Assembly (NCBI RefSeq): GCF_964194025.1
Contig: NC_134479.1
Coordinates: 28,892,001 to 28,956,000 of the forward strand
DNA length: 64,000 nucleotides
Origin: Convolutriloba macropyga
Lineage: Eukaryota
Reading direction: 5' to 3'
The notes beneath the pieces are model-generated. The model was given only the letters and a program-made list of their open reading frames with translations. It had not been told where the DNA came from and did no database searches. Below are positions 1 through 11,109 of this stretch, in pieces. Numbering within the stretch: the first letter of the stretch is position 1; every line of letters starts with the position of its first letter. Position numbers and translations under genes: made by a program.

Positions 1-187
1 TCGAGTGTAATTTCCAGAAAAAGTGATCAAAAATGCATCTTAATACCCGAATATGCCCAATATTATTGTCAATTCAGTTAGCCCTACTCATGAGCAGTCC
101 AACCATAGCAATATCAATCATTTTGAACAAGTTTTTCGTAACCTCATAGCCAATAACCTATCCCCTATCTGAGCCTTTTCAAAAAAC

Positions 188-1407
188 CCAGGTTCACTGC
201 AGCAAAAACGTTATAACTCGCGAAAAAATAGTTGAAACTGCCCAAACTTTTGCGCTGCAGGGTTTTTTGAGCCGATAAAGCGATTCACCAATTTTGAGCT
301 CAATCGAAGCATTTTAAAAATTGAGTGACGCTGGGCCCCTCAATTTTGGAGACTTTTTGAAATTTCACGCACATGTTCTTAAAATCCAAAATATTGATCA
401 AAAAGCCGATATTATTAGCTTAAAACATCCGCATGCTCAAGTTCTACACGCCCATATTAAAAATATTGAAAATTGTTAAGTAAAATGTTGAAATAATAGC
501 AAAATACTGAAGCCTACCAAACTCTTCTCAAATTCGTCAAAACAGAGCCAAATTTAGAACATAAAAATAGTATCAAATAGCCGAATTATGAGCCCATATC
601 CAATATTCAGTCTCCCTAGTAGTTACCCAGCCCAATAAACCCATACAACAGTACAGAAATTCATAAATGTTGAAAAAAGTGAAAAAATCGAAAATTGCAG
701 ATATTTCACAAAATTTGGTCCGAAATTCTAAAGTGAAAAACTCAATATATTATAGTCAAATAATGCATTAAACCACACCAATAGCTGCCACCAACATAGT
801 ACTCACTAGTATGACCCACAATCACCGCCAAAAATCAATCATCTTCAATCCATGTCAACTTATGCACAAAACATGACGCATCACAAGTAAAAATTCAGTA
901 AATTTCACAGAAAATCTGGCATAAAACCTAAGTTACTCAACTCCAAACCTACCAAAATGCTACCTCTGATAGCCACAGATATCAGTAACAACAGTTAGCA
1001 CCTGATTTAGGCCACTAGAGAATCACCAGACTGACACATGTCTCGAAGAAGCTCAATTAGTGGAAAAATCATGCTTGAAAATTTGCATTTTGGACCCAAA
1101 AATCAACGTTATGACCCGATAAATAGCTTCAAACCCTATAATTCAGTAACATACATTAGTACCAAGCACAGACAGTACCATTTTAACCATTCAATACTGA
1201 AAGTGTATGAACAGTGAAGACTTATTCAGACCGAAATTTCATGATTCAAAAATAGCCAGGTTCAGATCACAAAAATAGTCATAACTTTGCTTAAATTGCG
1301 CCAAATTTCTGCGCTGCAGGGTTTTTTGAGCCCCTGGAACGATCTACCAAATTTGAGCCCAATCGGAGCAATTTAAAAATTGAGTGACGCTGGAGCCCTC
1401 AATTTTT
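188..1407. repeat. Two diverged copies of a ~150-bp repeat module (~188-348 and ~1256-1407)
   Basis: Both copies share ccaggttca, gcgctgcagggttttttgagcc, ttgagc(t/c)caatcg, and ttaaaaattgagtgacgctgg...ccctcaatttt, about 1.06 kb apart. Confidence 0.8.
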
Positions 1408-2500
1408 CGCATTTTTCGTTTTTTCAGACATCAGTAAAAAAAGTTGACCCAAAAGTGTCCAAAAACCTGAATTTATTGCATAGTTATTCCCCACCGATGT
1501 CTACTGAGTGGGCTAAGCCAAAAAATTTGCCCAAAGTTCAATAAAAATTGAAAAATCCACATATTTACTACACCAGCCTTGATGCGGAAAAATCACCAAA
1601 ATTACGAAAAAATTACATGTGAAAATTAGTACCAAATACTCCTCCAAACCAGTTCAAATTACACACAAGTGCTGCTAACAACCAGATTAAGTATCTAGAA
1701 CCATTAGAACCAGTCTATGATCAATAATTGACAAGTAAATTAAAGTTAATGCCCAAAAATCAAAAAAGTCGTTATGTCACCAAAATTTCACTTTCACAAA
1801 TATGTCATTATAAAGTCACACACTGCAATTAAAATGTTACCACACGTTCACACACTTCACAGCTGCTAGTCCCAACAGTCAAATCCAATTAACAAAGCTA
1901 CAATTGACAAATAATAAGTAAAAACTCACCTATAGATGACACTAAACTACATGATGAATATAATTGCACCGAAACTAGTCAATTCTCATCGGCGCTATCC
2001 TCAGCTACGGTACCACCACCACTAGTACACTGACCGGACTGACCCCTTGTCCTAGTAGAACGAGTCAAGTACCGCTCAGCATCATCCAAACTGAATAAAT
2101 GCTATCAAAATAAAGAAACTGCCTCAAAGTAGCACTAAAATTCGATTAATTCGGCACAACAACAGTTTAAACGCCATGCTATAACGACCGCTACTAGTAA
2201 AATAACACATGCCGTAAAACACACAACAACGCTCTGAAAATACAATTACACCCTTCACTAGCATTCACTTATTTACTACGCCTCTCTAATTCTTCCTTTT
2301 GTCCCCTACTTATATCCTCAACCCCCCCACAAAACAAGTCTTGATATATTAATTACAATGATATTAATAAGCACCTTATTAAATATTAGTAGCACCAAGT
2401 ATATTAGTCAGTATATTAGGCTATATTACACCAAACTACAACTAAACATATACAGCTAAAAGTCAGTTAATAAGTTAAATAAATAAATATAAATAACTAG

Positions 2501-2938
2501 TTATACTGCCGTCTCCTCCATCTCAACTCCTCCCTCATCTTCCTGATCTTCACTCTCTTCCCTCTCCCTCCTTCTTCCCACACATCTTCCTCTCCTTCTC
2601 CTTCTCCACATCCCAACAATCCCGAATAATATGAATAATAATATGAATACTATTAATAATATTGAGTCCCAATTCCAACTACTTCCTCTGTCTTCTAAGC
2701 TAATATCTACAGTTGAACTATTATTGATATTACACCCTGGGTGCCGCAAACGAGACCAGTGAACCCGGTTCCTTGACACAAACCTGGTCCCGTTGCCGCA
2801 GCACCCCAGAGTGATATTATTCGGCCCGGCAGTAATATTGAAACACATATTGATATCAAATAATCTGAAAAACTCGAAAAAACATGTAAAGACTGCATAA
2901 TTCGATCCCCCCCAACCACTATCCCCATCACCACACAC
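2501..2938 (-). CDS. Small hypothetical single-pass membrane protein; 5' end probably disrupted
   Basis: Cys-containing ectodomain with NIT, NIT, NNS and NSS sequons, a hydrophobic helix ILLIVFILLFILFGIVGMW, then an Arg-rich and acidic tail. The ORF start is non-ATG and no family is recognised. Confidence 0.45.
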   Translation of the reverse strand: MCGDGDSGWGGSNYAVFTCFFEFFRLFDINMCFNITAGPNNITLGCCGNGTRFVSRNRVHWSRLRHPGCNINNSSTVDISLEDRGSSWNWDSILLIVFILLFILFGIVGMWRRRRRGRCVGRRREREESEDQEDEGGVEMEETAV

Positions 2939-3061
2939 CCATCATTAAACCAAATAACCACACTTCAACATGTTTAAACACCATATTTAGTAGTAATATT
3001 AATAAACACACACATCAACACACATGATCCAAAAGTAAAGTACACCTGAAACAAATAAATA

Positions 3062-3807
3062 TCACAGACCTAGAAGCCTGAATCCAGCAGACAAACCAAC
3101 AAAAGGAACCACCATAACATGTGATAACGGCAATAGCTGGTCAAAAAACCAAAAATATTGCAAAAGTTTCACAATATCGAGTTCCATTTGAGTATCTGAC
3201 CACTGAGAGAAAAGTTGACTTTTAGTCAAACTTTCAGCCAAACTTTCAGAGAATGAACATATTGCTGTCAATGAACTGCACATACAGCACCACAGCTTTC
3301 CGTTCATTTTATGCTCGAAAGGTAGACAAATTGCCAAAGCTAGTGAAACACAATGAAAAGGGAAACTGAAGAGCTCGTGCACAAAGTGATGAAAATTGTT
3401 TTTCCTCGACATTTTTCCTTTCTCCCCGAACAGGACCTCAAGCGTCCAAATGAAGGACAATAAAGGAAAGAAGTTCCTGGTCTTGCTCAGAGTGAACAGC
3501 CTGACCTAAAACATATCATCCAGCAAAGAGTGATGTAACTACCATGCATCGATACAATGCAGTAATCCATAAAGGCTTCCAGGAAAGCCAAAAGGCGGAA
3601 AAGTATTGCACGAGTAACATGCATCACTGTAGTTCCAACTCCCGACGACAGCATTCCAATGACAACCATTCGGACAATATAAACGACGACCAGAAGGGAC
3701 AAACATGAGACTTCTCCGCAAGTGACATCAGTTTTGTTCATAGGGAGAGCAATCTTCAAGTTTTCCTTCAACTCTTCAACTGTCCAACTAAAAAGCGCAT
3801 CTTCCAT
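3062..3807 (-). pseudogene. Frameshifted, stop-interrupted Cys/aromatic-rich hypothetical gene
   Basis: ATG at 3807 with a TATA-like cttatataag at ~3916-3925. ORF pieces 3487-3807, 3539-3721 and 3062-3460 join with one frameshift and two stops. No family recognised. Confidence 0.35.
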
Positions 3808-5149
3808 TTGAAACAGACAAACTTGATATAGAAGACGAACAAACTACCACAGAAGACGAAAAAGACAACAACGCTTTAACCCGAGAGGAGAGTATGCTTT
3901 AAGCTCTTGAAAGTCTTATATAAGTTTGACAAGTATTATTCTTATAATAAATTAAGTACCCATTCACTCACTAAGTCAAATTAATCAGTGCTTTATATAC
4001 TCGAAATAACTGTTCACTTCCAGAAATTAAACAGTGCTTTAAACTAGTCATTGAACCAGTATCCTTCTCCTACTACTTCTCAAAGTTTAGAGCCATTATT
4101 TAACGAAATAATCGTGATTATTTTCAGTGCTAATTCAATGTCTTCTCTTAACCTTAACTTTAATTTATGTTCCCCCTCTTTACTTTGAAATTAGCGCACC
4201 TTCACACGTTTAATGTTCCTTCAAAGCTCTTAATCTTGTCTTAACTTTCCTCACTTTAACCTTTATCTCCATTTGTCTTAGCTTAAACTTTATTTCTTTT
4301 AACTTCTTTAATTGTCTTTAACTTAAATGCTTTCGTTCTAAGATATTTTCTAAGAAAACATAAATTGGGTGGCTCCAACAAAAAGATGTTTATAACCTCA
4401 TATTCGTGCAGATTATATGTTTTATAGAAAAATTGTAAAACCCCAGTTCTTTCACTAAAATTTTCATGGTAAATTTTCATAAAGTCGGGTAGTGTCACGC
4501 CCCTATTTCGTCCCTCATAGTTACGTGATGATATTCCTCAAAATATCCATAATTAAGTGCTTTATATTAATTAATATTCAGTTAGTTTCAAGGCCATATA
4601 TAGCCAGTATTTCCATCTAGGCCTGTAACCTCTAATTTGTTTATGTTTATGAGAAACAACCGCAGATTGACAGTTTATCAGCAAACATATCAAGTGTCTA
4701 AAAGCCTCAATATTTACTTTTTTGAGTTTCCTGAAGATAAATTCACATAATCAGTAAATAACTTCATGAGAGATTATGTACTTGGTGAAGTAATTATTCT
4801 GATAAAGTAGGTGCTAATACGGAACTTGTATATGTACTTAACAAACATCAAGAGACGTACAAAAGCCGGAAATTGCCCAACTTGAAAATCAGTAAATATT
4901 TGCGAAGGACCAATACAACTGAAGGCACAGTCCTGCGGAACCCACTATCAGCAGAACACCGGAGAACCAGCCTGATAATCAGTTGCCTATCATCTTGTAA
5001 AACTTGATAAAACTTGAGAAACTTCTTGTTAAAATTATTAAACAATTCTTGCTAAAATAATTAAAGATTGAACTGGAAATTCTCTTGAAAACCTCCAAGT
5101 TTGGTAAACTTAGTTATAGAAGAAATAGCGACTAACTTAACACTAAAAT

Positions 5150-5945
5150 GCAAGGCAAACTAGTGGATATATCACGCATCTGAACCGCTCAATAAAAGGC
5201 TATTACTAGCTAATTTTATTCAAAATATATCTGCTAAAAATCGTACTGTGAAACATCAAAATAAGTCCTTGTAAAATGGCAATTATTCAAGTTAATTACT
5301 CCTCATTTAAACCTCAATAACACCACGAGGAACACTATTAAAAATCAGTGCGTAACAAAATGGTTAAGCAAGAATATGGCGAACGAAGGTTTTCCAATTG
5401 CAGCAGTGATAAACGTCGCTTTCAAAACTTGCTGAAACCGAAAGAAACCATCAATATTGGAAATCGCTGTAGGCTTCTAGAGCCCAACATATTGATGTAA
5501 GTTTAAATTACAGTGCTATTCGTGTAGATGGCTAACTGTTCTCTCTTTTGGGTAGATCATACCACCTCGGTAACGATTTTGCCTTGTTCCAGACTGAAGT
5601 TATTCATTTAAACTTTCATCTATATTGGCAATCAATAAACCAAGCAAGACGCACAAAACGCTTACTCTGCACAAAACGCTTACTCTTGTTTCACGATTGG
5701 GTTTCTGCCAAAATTTGATTTTCTTGCTCAAAAAACCCCGTACGCTCAGAACTTTATCTTGGAGATATAGAAAATGTTCCAAATATTTCTGTTCATCGTT
5801 TTTTAACGCCTGAGTCAGGAAAAGAAGCACGGCGTTTGTACTCGCTACCAAACTGTGAGGCTGGACTGAACATCAGAGAGCCAGTGGAATACGACGCTGG
5901 CTGCGCTGCTCGCTGCTTTCGAGGCTCTTGGAAGTTAAGATCTCA
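5150..5945 (+). mobile_element. Decayed CRE-clade retrotransposon, 5' fragment (split by the LINE)
   Basis: AQNAYSCFTIGFLPKFDFLAQKTP and RRLYSLPNCEAGLNIREP align by eye with PQNVYKSFTNGLQHKLTFIARTTP and RKVFSLPLKEGGLNILLP of the element at 32774-35782. Left boundary is approximate. Confidence 0.7.
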
Positions 5946-5949
5946 CAAA

Positions 5950-8900
5950 TATATCTTATATAGGATAGTATTATGCAAAATGAACAGAAAGCTCAAATTT
6001 ATTGATTGGAAACTCACCAAAAGGATTTTCTTGCACGTTACAAACATACCAAAGATAGCGGTACAAACATACCAAAGAGACCGCCTGAGGAACTGGACGG
6101 AATTCGAATCCGCGGAATTAAGGAATGTGCAGATAAAAACCCAATGAACCGCCAAAACTATGATTACATGGAGGTGCAAAAAGTCTTGACTCATCTAAAT
6201 GTGAGCACTGAGATCAATGATATAATCCGACTTCGAAAGTACGATGAGAATAAAACAAGAACGATACTGATCAAAATACCAAATCCATGGCAGCGAAGAA
6301 AAATCTTACTGTCCGCGAGAGAACTTAAAACGTTTGACACACCAATATTTCTCAGTCGTCAACTAACTCGCGAGGAAGCGGACCTGAAAACCAAAGTTCT
6401 TAAACGAAGATGCGAGATGATCCAAGAAGACATTGAATCCAAAAATCTTAGAATAAACGACGGCATTCTCTACCAAAAGATCGGAAGCGCATGGTCTGAA
6501 ATCAAACTCTCTCACTCAGCAAGTGAGGATTGACTATCCGCCTACCTGAATATCCTTGTTTTCAACGTGAGAAGTATACTTGAACACCAGAGAAGGACAA
6601 ACTTTGCAAACTCAATACAAACAAGAAATCATACGAAGTTTTATGCTTAACGGAAACCTGGCTCACTGAAAACATACCTGATGCGGCTTTGTTTTTACCG
6701 TGCTACGAAATTCACGGAAAGGACCGCCCAAGCAGCAACGGCAAGTCAAGGCATGGTGGGGTCTTGATAACAACCTCTAACTGTATTCCGAATTGTGCCA
6801 TCGAAAGTGATTTTAATGATTGCGTTATAGTGCGACTGTCCATCCAGAAACCTGTTATCATATGCTGCATCTATAGCTCACCCAAAGATAGTACATATAA
6901 ATGAGAGTCAGTCCAGTTTTCGAACTTGATCAAATTCTCAAGTTTGAGTTCAACGCTGCATGTGTCTACATAGTCCGTGACATAAATTTTAACCATACAA
7001 ACCTACTTTTAATGACATCTGCCACTCCTGATTAACAACTTGTACAAGATGATTTAATCGAGCACAACTACCAGCAGTTAATCAAAAGTGAAAATGGTCG
7101 ATCTCTGGATATCATTCTGTGCAATAAACCGCCAACAGCTCTGAACGTGGCGGTAGATAACCAAATGAGAATTCTTCATACCTCAGACCATCAACCATAC
7201 TCCGTCAAAATCAGCCTCCAAGCTCCACCCAACCATAAACACACGCCTTTACCAAAAAGGAAACTAGATTTTTCGCTATTTGCTTTCAAGAAAGCTAACT
7301 GGAAGGAAATTAACGAGTTCATAAAAGATCACCCATTCAATCCATACTGTTTCAGCAATCCCGATCAAATAGTCGAAAAGTGGTACGAGTGGCTCTATGA
7401 AGCTCTGAAGGACCTTGTTCCACGGAAGACGAAGCATCGTCGAGAGCTAGCACCATGGGTGACACCTGAGTCTTCCAATCTTATCAAAAAGCTGAAAACT
7501 TTACAAAGGAAACAAGAAACCCGCCCTACGAACGAAAACGAAGGAAAAATAGAAAAAGTACAAACGAATCTAATGACTTCCCTTCAAAAAGATCAACATA
7601 GCTTTTTCAAAAAAGCAGGTTCTCGTAGCTCCAAAAATACCTCAAAACGCTGACCAAAGCCAACCATATTCAACAAGAGGTTTTCCTCGATGACAAAATA
7701 GCTCGAACTGACGCAGAGAAGGCGGAATTGTTCAATCAATACTTCCAATCGGTGTTCACTGAATAAACTTACACCGCTGAAAAGCGTGTTGCACATCCGA
7801 CACCGCTAATAGACAGTATCCACTTCAGCTAAGCCGAAATAAAAGAAACGATGTCAAATCTTGATGTAAACAAAGCAAAAGGGCCAGACAGCATAGGAAA
7901 CGAAGTCATCAAAAACTTGTCAGAATCACTGTGTAAATCTCTTTATTTGCTCTTCAACCTTATTGCAAACAAGTGTCACTTTCCAAATGAATGGAAAACG
8001 AGTGAAATTGTACCGATGTTCAAAGACGGCAACAAGCAGGAAGTTACAAACTACAGACCGATAAGCCTACTGTCGACTGTCTCGAAACTGCTTGAGAAAT
8101 TAATTTTCAACAAGTTATATCCCCTTGTCTCGCCATTCTTATCAGAATCACAGCATGGATTTCGTTCAAAAAGGTCAACGGAAACGAATCTAATTGAATT
8201 CTTACACCACCTTTTCATCAACATTGATTCGCCCAGCTGCGATTTCCTCGTGGCTTTTTATATTGATTTCAAAAAGGCATTCGACAAGGTAAACCACGAA
8301 CGACTGATAGAAAAACTCTCTTTATTGGGAATCGGAGCAGCATGTCTGAAGTTGTTGATTAGCTACCTCAAAAACAGGAAGCAAACGGTTCGAATCAACG
8401 GAACTATCTCGACTGTATTGAGCGTTATCAGCGGAGTGCCACAGGGATCAGTTCTTGGTTCCTTGCTTTTCTTGGTTTTTATCAATGACCTTCCCAACTG
8501 CTCCATGTCAGACTCTTTTGGTACCGCTGATGATTTCAAGATAGTTGGAACCAACCCAGTGGCAATAAATATCGACATTCGGAGGGTCTGGATATGGTGC
8601 CAAAGTAATCTCATGAAAATAAATTTATCAAAAAGTAAATGCTTGTGGTTGAAGGGCGTCGGCACAGTCCGCCAAATTAAGTTTTGGAAGCACTTCAGTA
8701 ATGAAAGACCTAGGAGTAGTTGTAGCCGACACGCTTACATGGCAACTCATTCTCAATCTCGTACTCAAAAGGCTTTAAACGCTCTTCACTCTATCAAGAG
8801 AAACCTTTCTTTGGCAAATTACGCAAACAGGAAAAACTCGTATGTCAGTTATATTGTTCCAATTATCAGTTACGGCTCAAGTTTGTGGAAACCAGGCAAA

Positions 8901-9472
8901 GTTGAACTCAGTCAAATTGAAATTGTACAGAAAAAAGCAGCAAATTGGATCACTGGAGCCAAAATTCCTTACATAGAACAACTCTTAAAACTCAATTTAC
9001 TTCCCTTATCCTTATACCATGAGCTATATGTCGTTTTGTTATTTGCAAAAATTTTAACGGGGAAAGTTGATTTAAACTGGAAACTTCATGTATCAATAAC
9101 CGAGCCAGGTACAACTCGATACCAAACGACTCGTAACTTCATATATCGACAACCAAAACTCAGGAAATGTGAATCCGATTATTGGTACAGGGCCTGCCAT
9201 CTTGCGAACACCTTCAACGAGTTCTTCCAATACGATATCCTATTTCATGAAAACCACAAAGCCAAAATTCTCGCTCTGTATTTTGTCTACTTCAGACTGC
9301 GTTACAATGAAAACAACACGTGCTCTTGGCGAATTATGTGTGGGCGCAACAACTGCATGAACGTGAAAAAACTGAATTTTGTTATCTAATAAACTGAACG
9401 AAACAAGCTGGGGTTATTGTAAAACCCTTGGCCTTTTTCAAATTCTGTTTTATTATTATATTATTATTATTA
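5950..9472 (+). mobile_element. 5'-truncated L2/CR1-group LINE (ORF1 remnant, APE, RT), inactivated
   Basis: ORF1 remnant 6006-6533 (IRIRGIKE...IFLSRQLT). APE motifs (FNVRS, LTETWL, RHGGVLI, SDH) at 6545-7200 with frameshifts. RT 7851-9389 (KAKGPDSI, NYRPISLL, YIDFKKAFDKV, GVPQGSVLG, ADD). Short 3' UTR ending in (TTA)n at ~9450-9472. Confidence 0.92.
7851..9389 (+). pseudogene. LINE ORF2 reverse transcriptase portion
   Basis: Canonical non-LTR RT motifs, separated from the upstream APE and linker by stops and frameshifts. Confidence 0.9.
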
Positions 9473-10130
9473 CCGGTAGACAAACTCGTGTTGTGGGCTT
9501 GGAATGAGAAAAAGGAGCTGGGAATTATAACTGCCTTTGTCCTGAAACTGTACGGTCTCACGTTGACAAAATTGGAATTCTGCAACAGTTTTTGCATTCG
9601 GTACAATCTTGAACCAAACCAAACACACATCGACTTGCTTGTAGGGAAATAATGTTCACACACACTAACCCATGCCCTCAGCTGTTTTAACAGCGCTTTT
9701 ACAACAAATCTGCTAGAACTGATGACAACGCTTGGCTTGACATCAAAGTAAACGGCTTGCGGGGGTAGATTTAGCAGAACTTTTCCACAGTGAAAATTTT
9801 TAATCCGTTGGCCAAGTCATGCCCAAAAGAACTCAGAAAGCATAAAATATCACGAGGTAATTAAAAATCTCATATTTACACCGGATTTTGGAAATTGAAA
9901 GTAGTAGTTATGTTTCGTTCTTGTTCTCCTGTATGGCAGGGGGATTGCCCCCTCAGCACCCACTATCAAGCAACTACAAAAAAATCTCAACTGAAAATAT
10001 TCGGACGCAATAACATACATTCGGACGAAGATGAGTTTCAATGGCAGGTTATCTGTTTCAGTGGCTGCCGTGATGCTAAACGTGTAACTGAGGTTGATAA
10101 TAGTGGTTTTGCCGGAGGGGTGACGGGACA
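9473..10130 (+). mobile_element. Decayed CRE-clade retrotransposon, 3' fragment (zinc knuckle and RLE)
   Basis: LKLYGLTLTKLEFCNSFCIRYNLEP, THALSC, DDNAWLDIKVNG and KIFNPLAKSCPK match LKRYHFDLTKGEFRDGIALRYGWDP, AHALHC, DDDARLDIKANG and KVFNPYAKSCPR of the intact element. Confidence 0.8.
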
Positions 10131-11109
10131 CCTAGTTAATATGGAAATATTTCAACCCTTCGACGTGGCTCTTAGAGTCTATTATATTGTTGTATCACAA
10201 GGCTTTTTTCACCGCAAAGGTTGTATCACAAGACTTTTCACCTTGAAACTGCAACCTTTTTTCACGACAAAGGTTGCAGTTTCCAGTTAAAGTCTTCCTG
10301 AACTATTCAGTTAATGTCCCTCAGTACCTTATGCATCCCCAGTGGCAAAGCACGTGCCATTACATAGTAAATAATTAAGTTAAATATCGCGCTTGGGTGT
10401 GCAAATAATATGCAAACACTTAGCGGGGGGGGGGGGGGGAGAGGTCAAAAACAGAAAACATCCAGTCTTCTTTTTATTGTCTTGATTTTATATTTAGTTT
10501 TAAAATTTTGAGCTGTTATGGTTATCGGTCAATATTGACCCAATGTTGTAGCAGTCTCTTGTTGGAATTTAAGTCTTTTACTACTACTACTACTACTACT
10601 TAAGTTTACGTTTATTTGGAAGAAGAATAAAGTTTGATCTATGCTCTTTCGGCCCTCCCAGCTTAGTGGGCATATAACATTTGCGCCCCACAGGCGCTCG
10701 TGCTTTTTTATTTAATAAACGAGGGGTGGGGGTAAATGGGGGTTGTTTTATGCGGGCGTTGTTTTGGTTTCCGGCTCAACTAATCTGGGAGGTTCTCATC
10801 TGTTGACTTGGGACGGTTGATAAGGCGTCTATTTTTAACTACTTGAATAGAATGCGCGTTTCGCCGATCAGGGGAAACTTAACATAGGTTTAAACGTCAA
10901 AACAATTTTTTTCTGTAGGATAAGAGTGTTTAAATCTATGACCTGTAATTGAAAGCTGAGGTTTTTAGCAACAATGATTGGTGCTTTACATCACCCGAAG
11001 AGATAGCTGCTAGGCTCGTTTAAGAACGCTGCCAGTCAAACTAGAAAATTTAATTTAAAGGTCTAAATTGATATGATACTAATATTTTTTAAAACTTTTT
11101 ATGAGTCAT

